A stretch of 64,000 nt of DNA from Anaerococcus sp. GTDB taxonomy: Bacteria > Bacillota > Clostridia > Tissierellales > Peptoniphilaceae. The position numbers were made by a program, and so were the translations under genes. Below are positions 40,248 to 51,392 of the stretch, in pieces (position 1 is the first letter of the stretch; each line of letters begins with the position of its first letter). Where the stretch lies: positions 5,359-69,358 of the forward strand of contig JBHWRC010000100.1 of NCBI GenBank assembly GCA_043426375.1, given 5' to 3'. The notes beneath the pieces were generated by a model, which had not been told where the DNA came from, did no database searches, and saw only the letters and a program-made list of their open reading frames with translations.

Positions 40248-41555
40248 TTAGGATTCTTCATTGATTTTATCAAAATACTCATCCATTTTGACAAAAATTT
40301 CTTCTGAGTCCTTGATATTTTTAAGAAGGGGTTTTCTTATATTTAAACTTGTTTTTGGTGATTCTTTTAGGATAGTTTTGCCGGCCCTTACGGCGACCTC
40401 ATTCCTATAAAAGGCTAGGGCTAGGTTTTTATTTATATCAGAATTATTTTCTTTGTTGGTATAAATAAGCCTTACCAGGTTGACAATCATATCCTCATCA
40501 TTTGTTATTTCTTCTTTTGAAAATTTAGCTAGGGTTTTTTTAGATTTTTCAAGAAGAATTTCAGAGCTTTTTACTTGGGTTTTTAGTTCTGACCTTATTT
40601 CATCTACCGCCTTAAGGTCTGATTCTAGGAGGATTTTAGCTGCGCTTATAAAGGTTTGATTTTTATATACAGCATAGGCTAGCTTTTTCTCCCTGCTATC
40701 TAGCCTATTTATTATCTTAGCTTCGCTTGCCTTTTCTTTTGCACTATATTCTGCCTCATACTTTTCATAGGCCTTTGTCACATCAGATCCAAGCTTATTT
40801 ATAAGGAGGATTTGATTGTACTTATCCATATAGTTATTGTTTTCTGTCATGGCGCTAATTATAAAAGCATTTGACTTTGTCTCTATTATGGCAAGGTCAT
40901 TTTCGATTGTTTTAAGCTCACCGGTTTTGTTCATGGTCTTATAGGACTTGTTGATATTTTTAAGTAGCTTGTTTCTTTTGCTAGTAGATTTTGAAAGAGA
41001 ATTTGCCATATCCTTTGCTATTTCTGAATCATTTCTATATATCTCATAGATTGACCTGGATAGGTCTTTGGCATTTGCTGTATTCTCATCGCCCTTACCA
41101 AGCATTAGCCTATTTAGCTTTGTCCTATCTTTTTTTGTAAGGTTTTTTATATAGGAATTTACCTGGTCAAATCCACCCACAGCTTCAATCAACCTGTTAG
41201 TTGCGTCATTATCTGACTCTTTTAGTGACAAATCCAAATCGTTTTTGATCTCCTTAGTGTAAGTAAGCTCGCCTTTTTCTACCTTATCCATAAGGGCAAG
41301 GCCTATAAAAGGCTTGATTGTAGATGCAGATGGAAGGCTGTCTGTATCAACATTTGACCAATAGATATCAACATCGCTTGGACCATAGACGGTTTTTACA
41401 TTTACCTGATAGATTAATTTCCCGTCCACACTTTCTTTTATAGCTGTTTTTATGTCAGCTTCTAAAATATCTTCCTCAACGCCTGCAAAGGCTGTACCAG
41501 CTAGACTTAAGTTTAATACAAACCCTGCGAAGATTAGCTTAACAAATTTTTTCAT
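40248..41555 (-). CDS. Secreted serine hydrolase (class A beta-lactamase-like fold) with C-terminal helical repeats
   Basis: Signal peptide (AFA), SxxK (STIK), SDN and KTG motifs. Confidence 0.8.
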   Translation of the reverse strand: MKKFVKLIFAGFVLNLSLAGTAFAGVEEDILEADIKTAIKESVDGKLIYQVNVKTVYGPSDVDIYWSNVDTDSLPSASTIKPFIGLALMDKVEKGELTYTKEIKNDLDLSLKESDNDATNRLIEAVGGFDQVNSYIKNLTKKDRTKLNRLMLGKGDENTANAKDLSRSIYEIYRNDSEIAKDMANSLSKSTSKRNKLLKNINKSYKTMNKTGELKTIENDLAIIETKSNAFIISAMTENNNYMDKYNQILLINKLGSDVTKAYEKYEAEYSAKEKASEAKIINRLDSREKKLAYAVYKNQTFISAAKILLESDLKAVDEIRSELKTQVKSSEILLEKSKKTLAKFSKEEITNDEDMIVNLVRLIYTNKENNSDINKNLALAFYRNEVAVRAGKTILKESPKTSLNIRKPLLKNIKDSEEIFVKMDEYFDKINEES

Positions 41556-41707
41556 AATATCTCCTAGTTTTATTTGTAAAAGTTATATGCTTTATAAAAG
41601 ACTTATTTCTAATATAATTTTATCACAAATAGCAAATAAAAGAAAAGAGACCGATTTTTTGTGGTCTCCTTGAGGAAATATTATCTATTACTTGTTTTTA
41701 TTTTAGC

Positions 41708-42969
41708 TTATTCTTTGGTTTTTTTATAAGCTAGGCTTGCAACTCCTAGGGCCACTAGGGTCATAGATGTGCCGATTAGGCCAGTCTTAGGGTTTTTAGC
41801 TCCCTTTTTGTTTTCTTTCTTGTTTTCTTTTTTATTATCTTTTTCTTTTGGAGCTTCTTTCATTACTTCTTCGATTTTGAAAATCTTGCCAAATTGAGCT
41901 GGATAAGATGTTAGGACTACATCATCTGTGTAGATTTTGTATTGTCCGCCTTCTTTTATCATAAGTTTGCCAAAGTCTTTTTTAGGAACTAGGTACTTAT
42001 CTTCTTTGTTTGATTTTCTAGCTACAGTCACACCTTCTTGGTCGATTTTTTCTACTACAAAGATGTCAGAAATTATTTGTTCTTTTTTGTCATCTGATGC
42101 TGGTTTTTCTTTTTCTTTACCAGGTTTTTTATCTTCTTTTGGAGCTTCTTTTTCAAGCTCTACCTTATAAATTTTTGCAAATTGAGCAGGATCTAAAGTT
42201 AGGATTTCTTCTGATGTTTCAATTTTGTAGATCTCGCCTTCTTTTGCAAAGCTTTGCCAAAGTCTTTTTTAGCAATTGTGTATTTGTTTTCCTTCATGTC
42301 TTTTTCGTAGACTGTGACAGCTTCTTCATCTACTTTTTCTACTACATAAGATTTAACCATAGTTTTTAGTGGCTGTTCTTTTTTCTCAACTATTGAGTAA
42401 ATCTTTCCAAATTGAGCTGGATAAGATTTGCTAGCTGTAGTGTCAGAAGTTATTGTAAATATCATATCTTTTATAAGTTTGATATCCTAAAATTCAGATT
42501 TTGGAACATTATAAATATTTGATTCGTTACCTAGTTCATAAAGGTCAACGCCTTCTTCGTAGATTTCTTTTACAACAAAGTCTCTTACAAGTTTTTCTTC
42601 TTTATTATCTTCGTTTTCTGCTTTTTTGACTTCTTTAATTTCATAAATTTTTCCAAACTTAGCTGGGAATGAGTAAAAGGCCATATTATTAGATAAGATT
42701 ACTACTTCCATACCCTCTTTTATCTTGATATCACCAAATTCTTTCTTTTGTACAGTATAGACATCTTCAGGATTAGATTTCCTGTAGACTTCTACGGCTT
42801 TTTCGTTTATTTTCTTTATAGTAAAGTTATCTGAAACCTTCTCCTCTACCGTTTGTGTTTCTTCCATTGTTGTTTCTTCTTTTGTTTCTTTCATTTCTTC
42901 GCTAGCATAAGCGCTATTAATAACCATAGCAGATAAGGCTAGGACAAGTATAAGTTTAGTTTTTTTCAT
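41708..42969 (-). pseudogene. Disrupted cell-wall-anchored protein with four internal repeats
   Basis: Signal peptide at 42969; in-frame TAG at 42489-42487; one-base frameshift near 42250; C-terminal NPKTG + hydrophobic + KK tail. Fragments join into one frame when both lesions are corrected. Confidence 0.85.
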
Positions 42970-43029
42970 GACACCCTCCTTAGAAATTCTTATATTAGTG
43001 TCTTTATACCTATATATTACCTAAAAGGG

Positions 43030-43046
43030 TGTTAAATTTGTGTTAA
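43030..43046. promoter_or_regulatory. Direct repeat TGTTAA-N5-TGTTAA, candidate OmpR/WalR-type box
   Basis: Exact 11-bp-period repeat in the divergent intergenic region between the surface protein gene and xth. Confidence 0.4.
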
Positions 43047-43130
43047 ATTTGTAGAAATTTTGAAAGTTTTTTATTAGTTGTATATTAATATAAGAGTTAA
43101 TTTTAAATTTTTTATGATTGAGAGGTAATT

Positions 43131-43958
43131 ATGAAATTTATTTCATGGAATATAGATTCACTAAATGCAGCCCTAACAAGCGATTCAAATAGGGCTGTGA
43201 TGAGTCGTTTGGTCTTAGATACTCTTGTTAAAGAAGATGCTGATGTTATAGCCATTCAAGAAACCAAGCTTCCTTATACAGGTCTTAGCAAAAAACACAT
43301 AAAAGAGCTTGCGGCATATTTCCCAGGCTACGACTATGTTTATAGGCAAAGTGAAGAGCCTGCAAGAAAATCTTATGCAGGCACAATGACCCTTTACAAA
43401 AAAGGTCTAGAAGTTGAAGCGTCTTTCCCACAAATTGGCGCTCCTTGTACAATGGACTTTGAGGGAAGGATTATCACTTTAGAGTTTGATAATTTTTACT
43501 TTACCCATGTCTATACACCAAATGCTGGTGATAAGCTGGTTAGACTTTCTGATAGACAGCTTTGGGATAAGGTATATGCAGATTATCTAAAAAACTTAGA
43601 TCAAAACAAGCCAGTAATTGCAGCTGGGGACTTCAATGTTGCCCACAACGAAATCGACCTTGCCCATCCAGAAAATAACCGCATGTCAGCAGGATTTACG
43701 GATGAGGAAAGAGAAGGCTTTACAAATATTCTTAACCGTGGCTTTATAGATACCTTTAGGTATATCCACGGCAATGTAGAAGGCCGCTACACTTGGTGGG
43801 CCCAAAGGGTTAAGACAAGCAAAATCAACAACTCCGGCTGGAGGATTGATTATTTCCTAGTTTCTGATAGGATAAAAGATTTGGTAACAAATTCCGACAT
43901 GATCGACTCTGGCGACAGACAAGACCACACACCAATTGTTTTAGAAATTAATATATAA
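43131..43958 (+). CDS. xth: Exodeoxyribonuclease III / AP endonuclease
   Basis: ISWNI, IQETK, YTPN, GDFNVAH, GWRIDYFL, DHTPI. Confidence 0.95.
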   Translation: MKFISWNIDSLNAALTSDSNRAVMSRLVLDTLVKEDADVIAIQETKLPYTGLSKKHIKELAAYFPGYDYVYRQSEEPARKSYAGTMTLYKKGLEVEASFPQIGAPCTMDFEGRIITLEFDNFYFTHVYTPNAGDKLVRLSDRQLWDKVYADYLKNLDQNKPVIAAGDFNVAHNEIDLAHPENNRMSAGFTDEEREGFTNILNRGFIDTFRYIHGNVEGRYTWWAQRVKTSKINNSGWRIDYFLVSDRIKDLVTNSDMIDSGDRQDHTPIVLEINI

Positions 43959-43959
43959 G

Positions 43960-44004
43960 AAAAACCTTGAAGCATCCGTTATTTGGATTCCTTCAAGGTT
44001 TTTT
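43960..44004. terminator. Bidirectional terminator xth / mnmA
   Basis: AAAAACCTTGAAG...CTTCAAGGTTTTTT. Confidence 0.75.
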
Positions 44005-44037
44005 ATTATAAAATATCAAATAAAGTTTATAATCTTC

Positions 44038-46204
<2,167 letters not shown>

Positions 46205-46252
46205 TCTTTCAATATACTTTTCTAACGCTTGTATTCAAGGAATATAGACAAA

Positions 46253-46274
46253 TGAAAACCGCCTGTTAGCGGTT
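46253..46274 (-). terminator. Terminator after aldose epimerase gene
   Basis: Minus strand AACCGC-TAACAG-GCGGTT-TTCA. Confidence 0.6.
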
Positions 46275-46308
46275 GCTTTCGCATTCTTATTCACATTTAT
46301 AAGTGGTC

Positions 46309-47004
46309 TTAGTCCCTTATTTCTACTATCATCCTAGAGATAAAAGTCTCCCCAGCTTTTAAAATTTTTGGATTTCCGCCTTTTACAAAGGACTTGCCGT
46401 TATAACAAGGCTCTACACACCTGTAATCATCTAGGAAATCTGTCCAGATTGCAAATTTGTGGAAGTTTTGGCTTGTAATTTTTATTTTGTAAGCTTCTCC
46501 CTTAAAGGAAATTTCTTCTGCATCTAAAAAGTAAGTATCTTCTAAGCTGAAATCACCAAAATCTAGGCCAATAACCTCAAAGTCATTTCCTACTTTGAAA
46601 TATGGATGAAAACCAGGTGCGACTGGCAAGTCCTTTTCAGATTTGTTTACCATTTCAATTTCTGCAAAAAGACCGTCTTCAAGAAGTTCATAGGAAATAA
46701 AAGAATCCATGCCCTCATAACCGCATTTGCCTTCTAGTTTCAATACTAGTTTAGAAGATCTTTTTTCCACTACTTCCCATTCATAATCTCTCCCATAACC
46801 GTGGTCTTTTAGGTCGTTTATCTCGCTTGGCCCAAAAGATGGTAAGCAAGGGTGACATCCTCCCCTAGTTTTCTTTTTGCCCTTTATTTCTGTTTCAAAT
46901 TTTGGAAAGAAAACATCCTTGCCATCACAAGAAAAGCTTTCTATGTAGGCTCCTTCTGTGTTTGCTATTAAGTTTAGACTATCATTTATAAGTGTAATTT
47001 TCAT
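46309..47004 (-). CDS. Aldose 1-epimerase (galactose mutarotase-like) protein
   Basis: RGG..P, HGYGR, GFHPYF, CVEP. Confidence 0.85.
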   Translation of the reverse strand: MKITLINDSLNLIANTEGAYIESFSCDGKDVFFPKFETEIKGKKKTRGGCHPCLPSFGPSEINDLKDHGYGRDYEWEVVEKRSSKLVLKLEGKCGYEGMDSFISYELLEDGLFAEIEMVNKSEKDLPVAPGFHPYFKVGNDFEVIGLDFGDFSLEDTYFLDAEEISFKGEAYKIKITSQNFHKFAIWTDFLDDYRCVEPCYNGKSFVKGGNPKILKAGETFISRMIVEIRD

Positions 47005-47019
47005 CTTTTTCCCCTTTTC

Positions 47020-47433
47020 TTATAAAACCATGACCAAAGTCCCGATTGTGATAAAAATTGTGCCTACTATAGCTCTTTTACTTGCAGCTTCTCCTAAAAG
47101 CACAAAGGCAAAGATTATTGTAAAGACAACGCTTAGCTTATCTATTGGGACTACTTTTGAGGCTTCTCCCATTTGTAGGGCCTTGTAGAAGGCAAGCCAG
47201 GAAATTCCTGTGGCAAGGCCTGAAAGGATTAAAAATATCAAAGGCCTTCGACTTATATTGCCTAGATCTCCTTGACCACCTACCACAAAGACCATTATCC
47301 AAGAAAACACTAGGACTACACTTGTTCTAATAGCTGTGGCTAGATTTGAATTAATACCTTCTATGCCGATTTTGGCAAGTATTGATGTAAGGGCAGCAAA
47401 AATTGCAGATAAAATTGCGTAAAAGTATGCCAT
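47020..47433 (-). CDS. Single-domain EamA/DMT family transporter
   Basis: FAALTSILAKIG, SKVVPIDKLSVV; about 5 TM segments. Confidence 0.85.
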   Translation of the reverse strand: MAYFYAILSAIFAALTSILAKIGIEGINSNLATAIRTSVVLVFSWIMVFVVGGQGDLGNISRRPLIFLILSGLATGISWLAFYKALQMGEASKVVPIDKLSVVFTIIFAFVLLGEAASKRAIVGTIFITIGTLVMVL

Positions 47434-47476
47434 GATTTCTCCTTATTAAAAAACTCCCCCAAAAGGGAGAGTCTCC

Positions 47477-47698
47477 TTAGTCGTGAAATTCGTCTGCCAG
47501 GATATTTTTAAGGACTTCCGCCTCATCTGTTGTAAGGGTGATTCCCTTACTCATCCTAGTGTGATCTTCATTCCAGTCTCTAATGTCGTATTTTGGATCT
47601 CTTTCATTCCAGCTTACTAGGTTTAATTCCTTTGTCCACCCCTTTGCATTGGTTGAAAGTACTCCTAAATTTTCTACTATATCATATTTTAATGCCAT
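47477..47698 (-). CDS. YdbC/PC4-like ssDNA-binding protein
   Basis: GWTKELNLVSWN..PKYDIRDW..MSKGITL. Confidence 0.88.
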   Translation of the reverse strand: MALKYDIVENLGVLSTNAKGWTKELNLVSWNERDPKYDIRDWNEDHTRMSKGITLTTDEAEVLKNILADEFHD

Positions 47699-47740
47699 AA
47701 TTCACTCTCCTATCTTTAAGTATATAGTAATTTTTTATTT

Positions 47741-48781
47741 TTACAAACCGAGTCTCTTATTTACTTCTTTTTGTATTTTTTCATAGTTATAGCCAGCGTA
47801 TCTTAGTCGTCTTTCTCTTTCCTTGCCGAAAGACCAGTGGCCATCGATTACTTCTTTGACAATCTGATCAAAGTTTTTTTTAGATTTGCCCTTTATAATT
47901 AAAGGATAATCCTTATAGAGGACGTTTTTGTCAAGGTTACCTGTGTATCCATTTACTTTTCCTGTGTGGGTATATTGCCACATATCGAAGTCTGTATCAG
48001 TATAGCCTGTAAATTTTTTGCCAGCATAATCTGCTATCCAGAAGTTGCCCCTGTTTCTCACATTTTTTGTAAGGTGGTTTTTTGCAAAGTGTGGGTAGGA
48101 GTAAACACCTGCAACATAGCCATTTCTCTCAATTGCTGCAAGGAAGGTTTCGGCTGCTCTTGATAATTGTTCACGGCTTACTTTGGATTGTCTTAGGTCA
48201 TCTTCTATATCCATAAAGATTGGCAGTGACACGTTTTTATCCCTTATATAATCTAGGACAAAGTTTGCTTCCTTGAGGGCTTCGTTTTCGCTTGTCGCCC
48301 TTGAATAATGATAGAAGCCAATTGGAACTCCCCTTGAGTTTAAGTTTTGGTAGTGGCGGTCAACTGTGAAGTCTTTTCTTAGGTAATACTTCTTTTCCTT
48401 TGTTTTTTTATTTTCTTCAAAAGTCGTAATAGATGATCTAAGGATTGCACCATCTATATCTTTTGCAAACTTATCATAGTTAATCGCTTCTGGCTTTTGG
48501 TGCTCACTTAGGTCTACTACATTGGAATATACTGCAGTTTTAGGAAATAAAACTGGTTTTTCCTTTTGGTCATTTTGACTTATCCCAGGATTTGGATTTT
48601 TTGCAATTTCTCTTTGGTGCCTTTCAGATACTTTTTTGCTATCAACTTCAATACCATTTTTGATTAGAATCTCATCAAGGTTGGTATCATCGTATTTTAC
48701 AACTTCACCTGCAAATGAAAGACTAGCCGTTCCTATTATTAGGGCAAAGCTTAGGGATAATATTTTGCTAATTTTTCTCAT
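47741..48781 (-). CDS. Secreted GH25 muramidase with C-terminal Cpl-7 (CW_7) domain
   Basis: Signal peptide, DLSEHQ, GFYHY, DIE, WQYT; C-terminal EVIDGHW..G.ER..RL..AGYNY..IQ..VN. Confidence 0.88.
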   Translation of the reverse strand: MRKISKILSLSFALIIGTASLSFAGEVVKYDDTNLDEILIKNGIEVDSKKVSERHQREIAKNPNPGISQNDQKEKPVLFPKTAVYSNVVDLSEHQKPEAINYDKFAKDIDGAILRSSITTFEENKKTKEKKYYLRKDFTVDRHYQNLNSRGVPIGFYHYSRATSENEALKEANFVLDYIRDKNVSLPIFMDIEDDLRQSKVSREQLSRAAETFLAAIERNGYVAGVYSYPHFAKNHLTKNVRNRGNFWIADYAGKKFTGYTDTDFDMWQYTHTGKVNGYTGNLDKNVLYKDYPLIIKGKSKKNFDQIVKEVIDGHWSFGKERERRLRYAGYNYEKIQKEVNKRLGL

Positions 48782-49263
48782 TTTACCTCCAGTACATCGC
48801 TTAAATCTATGTGGCAGTAGCCATTTGGATTTTTCTTTAGATAATCTTGGTGGTAGGCTTCTGCAGGCACATATTTTTTAAGATCTTCTACTTCGATTAC
48901 AATTTTCTTGTCAGTTTCTTTTTGCTTTTCATCTAAAAAGCCTTTTACAAATTCTAAATCTTCTTTATTTTTAGAATAGATTCCAGTTCTGTATTGGCGG
49001 CCCCTGTCATTTCCCTGCTTGTTTACAGAAAATGGGTCAACTATATAGTAAAAATGCTCCAAGATATTATTTAAGGTGACTATATTTTCATCAAATTCAA
49101 CCTTTACTGTTTCAGAGAAATCTGTCATGTAAAGTTCTTCATAGGTCGTTGTATCTGTTTTTCCGTTTGCATATCCACATTCGGTTGATATTACTCCATC
49201 AATATTTGAAAAGTAGGCATCTACTCCCCAAAAGCATCCGCCTGCCAAGTATATTTCTTTCAT
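48778..49263 (-). CDS. msrA: Peptide-methionine (S)-S-oxide reductase
   Basis: AGGCFWG, QGNDRGRQYRTGIY, AEAYHQDYL. Confidence 0.95.
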   Translation of the reverse strand: MKEIYLAGGCFWGVDAYFSNIDGVISTECGYANGKTDTTTYEELYMTDFSETVKVEFDENIVTLNNILEHFYYIVDPFSVNKQGNDRGRQYRTGIYSKNKEDLEFVKGFLDEKQKETDKKIVIEVEDLKKYVPAEAYHQDYLKKNPNGYCHIDLSDVLEVK

Positions 49264-49736
49264 TTTTTTCTCCTAATGTTTGTAAAATCAGTTCTTCTTT
49301 GGTTCCTTGCCTTGAAGGTGTTAAGTGATCTTGAAAATGATGATGACAATAAAACTCCAAAGGCAAGGGCCGCTGCGATACCTAGGGCCTTGTAGGCACT
49401 TGTAATAGCAAGGTCTGTCTCATTTTCAATAAAATATTTCATTGTATTATAAATTGCTTCACCTGGGCATAGATTAATAATTCCTGGTAGGATAAAAACA
49501 CTGGCTGGATAATGAAAAAGCCTTGCCAAAAACTCTGCACTTCCTGCCATTATGAAGGCCGATACCATCGATGCTATATATACTGAACTTGTAAATTCTA
49601 GTGTAAATTTATAGATTACCCAGCCAAATCCTGCCGCAAGGGATGAGATATATATGGCCCTTCTTGGTAGGTCAAATACATAACCAAATCCAATTGCAGC
49701 TATGGCTGCTATTATAAATTCCTTTAAATAAAACAT
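49260..49736 (-). CDS. Threonine/serine exporter family, small subunit
   Basis: Hydrophobic, PGII.L.PG motif; paired with ThrE gene. Confidence 0.8.
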   Translation of the reverse strand: MFYLKEFIIAAIAAIGFGYVFDLPRRAIYISSLAAGFGWVIYKFTLEFTSSVYIASMVSAFIMAGSAEFLARLFHYPASVFILPGIINLCPGEAIYNTMKYFIENETDLAITSAYKALGIAAALAFGVLLSSSFSRSLNTFKARNQRRTDFTNIRRKK

Positions 49737-49737
49737 C

Positions 49738-50520
49738 TTATCCCCAAATCTTCATTATTGTAATAGGAGTACCAACTCCCATGGCAAGGGCTGTAGAGAT
49801 TAGAATTGCAAGGACTGCTCCGGTTAAGCCTGATGTAGCATCCCCACTCATTAAGTCTCTCATAGCATTTGTGATCATGATTCCTGGTAAGAGGGCCATC
49901 ATAGATGAAACTATGATTACAGCTTGGTTGATATCTGGTAAAAATACTGCAAAAATAATGGTAAGTAGTGATACTATGACCCCATAGATGTAGTTTACAA
50001 CAAAGTAGCCCAGACCATTTTGCTCCATAAAACTTGCCGCATAGTAAGACAAAAGGCCTACTACAAAGGATATAGTCATTTCATTGAGGCCTCCGCTTAG
50101 TAGCAAGGAGAAGGCACCTGCCGCTATGCCTCCGCCTAAGACTTTTTTAAAGAGCGATTTTCCTCTAGATTCTTTTATTTTTTTAAGTTCATTTAGGGCT
50201 TCTTCTAGGCTAAGCTTGCCCTGACAAAAGTCTCTCGAAAATTGGTTGACCTTATCTACATAAAAAAGCTTATTTGACCTTGATTTTACTCTCCTAACAT
50301 TGGTATGGACTTCGTTTTGGTAGGTAAAAGAAAGGATGATTACATTAAAAGTTGAGTAAACATCCACATCCTTGAGATTGGTTTTACTTCTTATAATTCT
50401 TTCTACTGTATCTTCCACCCTATATATCTCTGCCCCATTTGCAAGCATGATTGCGCCTGCATCTGATGCTACTTCTGATAATAAAACTGCCGATCTGTCA
50501 TTTTTTATAGTATCATGCAT
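49738..50520 (-). CDS. Threonine/serine exporter family protein (ThrE)
   Basis: GAEIYRVEDT, LLPGIMITNAMRDL. Confidence 0.85.
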   Translation of the reverse strand: MHDTIKNDRSAVLLSEVASDAGAIMLANGAEIYRVEDTVERIIRSKTNLKDVDVYSTFNVIILSFTYQNEVHTNVRRVKSRSNKLFYVDKVNQFSRDFCQGKLSLEEALNELKKIKESRGKSLFKKVLGGGIAAGAFSLLLSGGLNEMTISFVVGLLSYYAASFMEQNGLGYFVVNYIYGVIVSLLTIIFAVFLPDINQAVIIVSSMMALLPGIMITNAMRDLMSGDATSGLTGAVLAILISTALAMGVGTPITIMKIWG

Positions 50521-50528
50521 AGTCTACC

Positions 50529-51308
50529 CTACAAATAATTATTCTTATACTTTTTGATATTTTCTTCTGACAAAAACTCATAGGCATCGTTGATTTCTTG
50601 GAATTTCTCCTTAGCTCCCGGCTCCTTATTTAGGTCTGGATGGTATTTTTTTGCAAGCTTTCTGTAGGCAAGTTTTACTTCATAGATGTCTGTGTTTGCT
50701 GATATGCCAAGTATGCTTGCTGCTTGTTCATATTTTTCCTTAAAGCCCAGGTCATTTACACCTCCATAGCCATTTTGGTATGAACCACTATAGCCACCAA
50801 AGTTACCTTGGTTAAAATCTCTTGTGTCATAGTAGGTGAAGTTGCCAAAAAGATCTTCGAAATAATCATACATCCTCTCTTGGCGGGCACGTGCTTCAGC
50901 TTCCGCCTGTCTTTGTCTTTCTTTTTCTTGTTCAATCCTATAATTTTCAGAATAGTCTGAAATATTTTCAAAACCGACCTTTTCTCCTGTTATTAAATAA
51001 TCTGCCCTGTCATACATCCATTCGGTAAGGACGTAATTGCCATATCTTAATAGTGAGATAAAACTTGGCCCCAATACTGGTATTATCAGGATTAGAAAAA
51101 TTATGTACCAAGCTTTTTTAGGCAAAAATAACAAGATTGTTGGCAGGAATATGAAGGTTGAGCATCCTATCATAAATACTAGGGCTAAAAGACTTCTTAT
51201 TCCCGCAAAGGTCATTACTAACACATTCATAAAATTGATTAGGACTGCAAATATAGTCCCAATCACGCTTGCAAGCCCATGGAGGAGCTTGCCGAAAAAT
51301 TTTCTCAT
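50529..51308 (-). CDS. Membrane-anchored protein with C-terminal J-domain
   Basis: N-terminal TM segments; [14 protein letters not shown]...FQEINDAYE. Confidence 0.85.
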   Translation of the reverse strand: MRKFFGKLLHGLASVIGTIFAVLINFMNVLVMTFAGIRSLLALVFMIGCSTFIFLPTILLFLPKKAWYIIFLILIIPVLGPSFISLLRYGNYVLTEWMYDRADYLITGEKVGFENISDYSENYRIEQEKERQRQAEAEARARQERMYDYFEDLFGNFTYYDTRDFNQGNFGGYSGSYQNGYGGVNDLGFKEKYEQAASILGISANTDIYEVKLAYRKLAKKYHPDLNKEPGAKEKFQEINDAYEFLSEENIKKYKNNYL

Positions 51309-51392
51309 AGGCTGTCCTTTCTATCCCTAATATTATACATCTTTCAGAAATTTTACCAAAAATAAAACAGACCTCTTTTGGTCTGCCTTATT

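Noticed and set aside
12424..42489. Stop-codon recoding to explain in-frame TAA (12424) and TAG (42489)
   Set aside because: Both codons terminate many normal genes here, and the second gene also has a frameshift, so decay or sequence error is simpler.
46255..46312. Plus-strand frame PPVSGCFRILIHIYKWS resembling an Fst type I toxin
   Set aside because: An in-frame TGA lies immediately upstream and there is no start codon; the GC-rich part is explained by a terminator.
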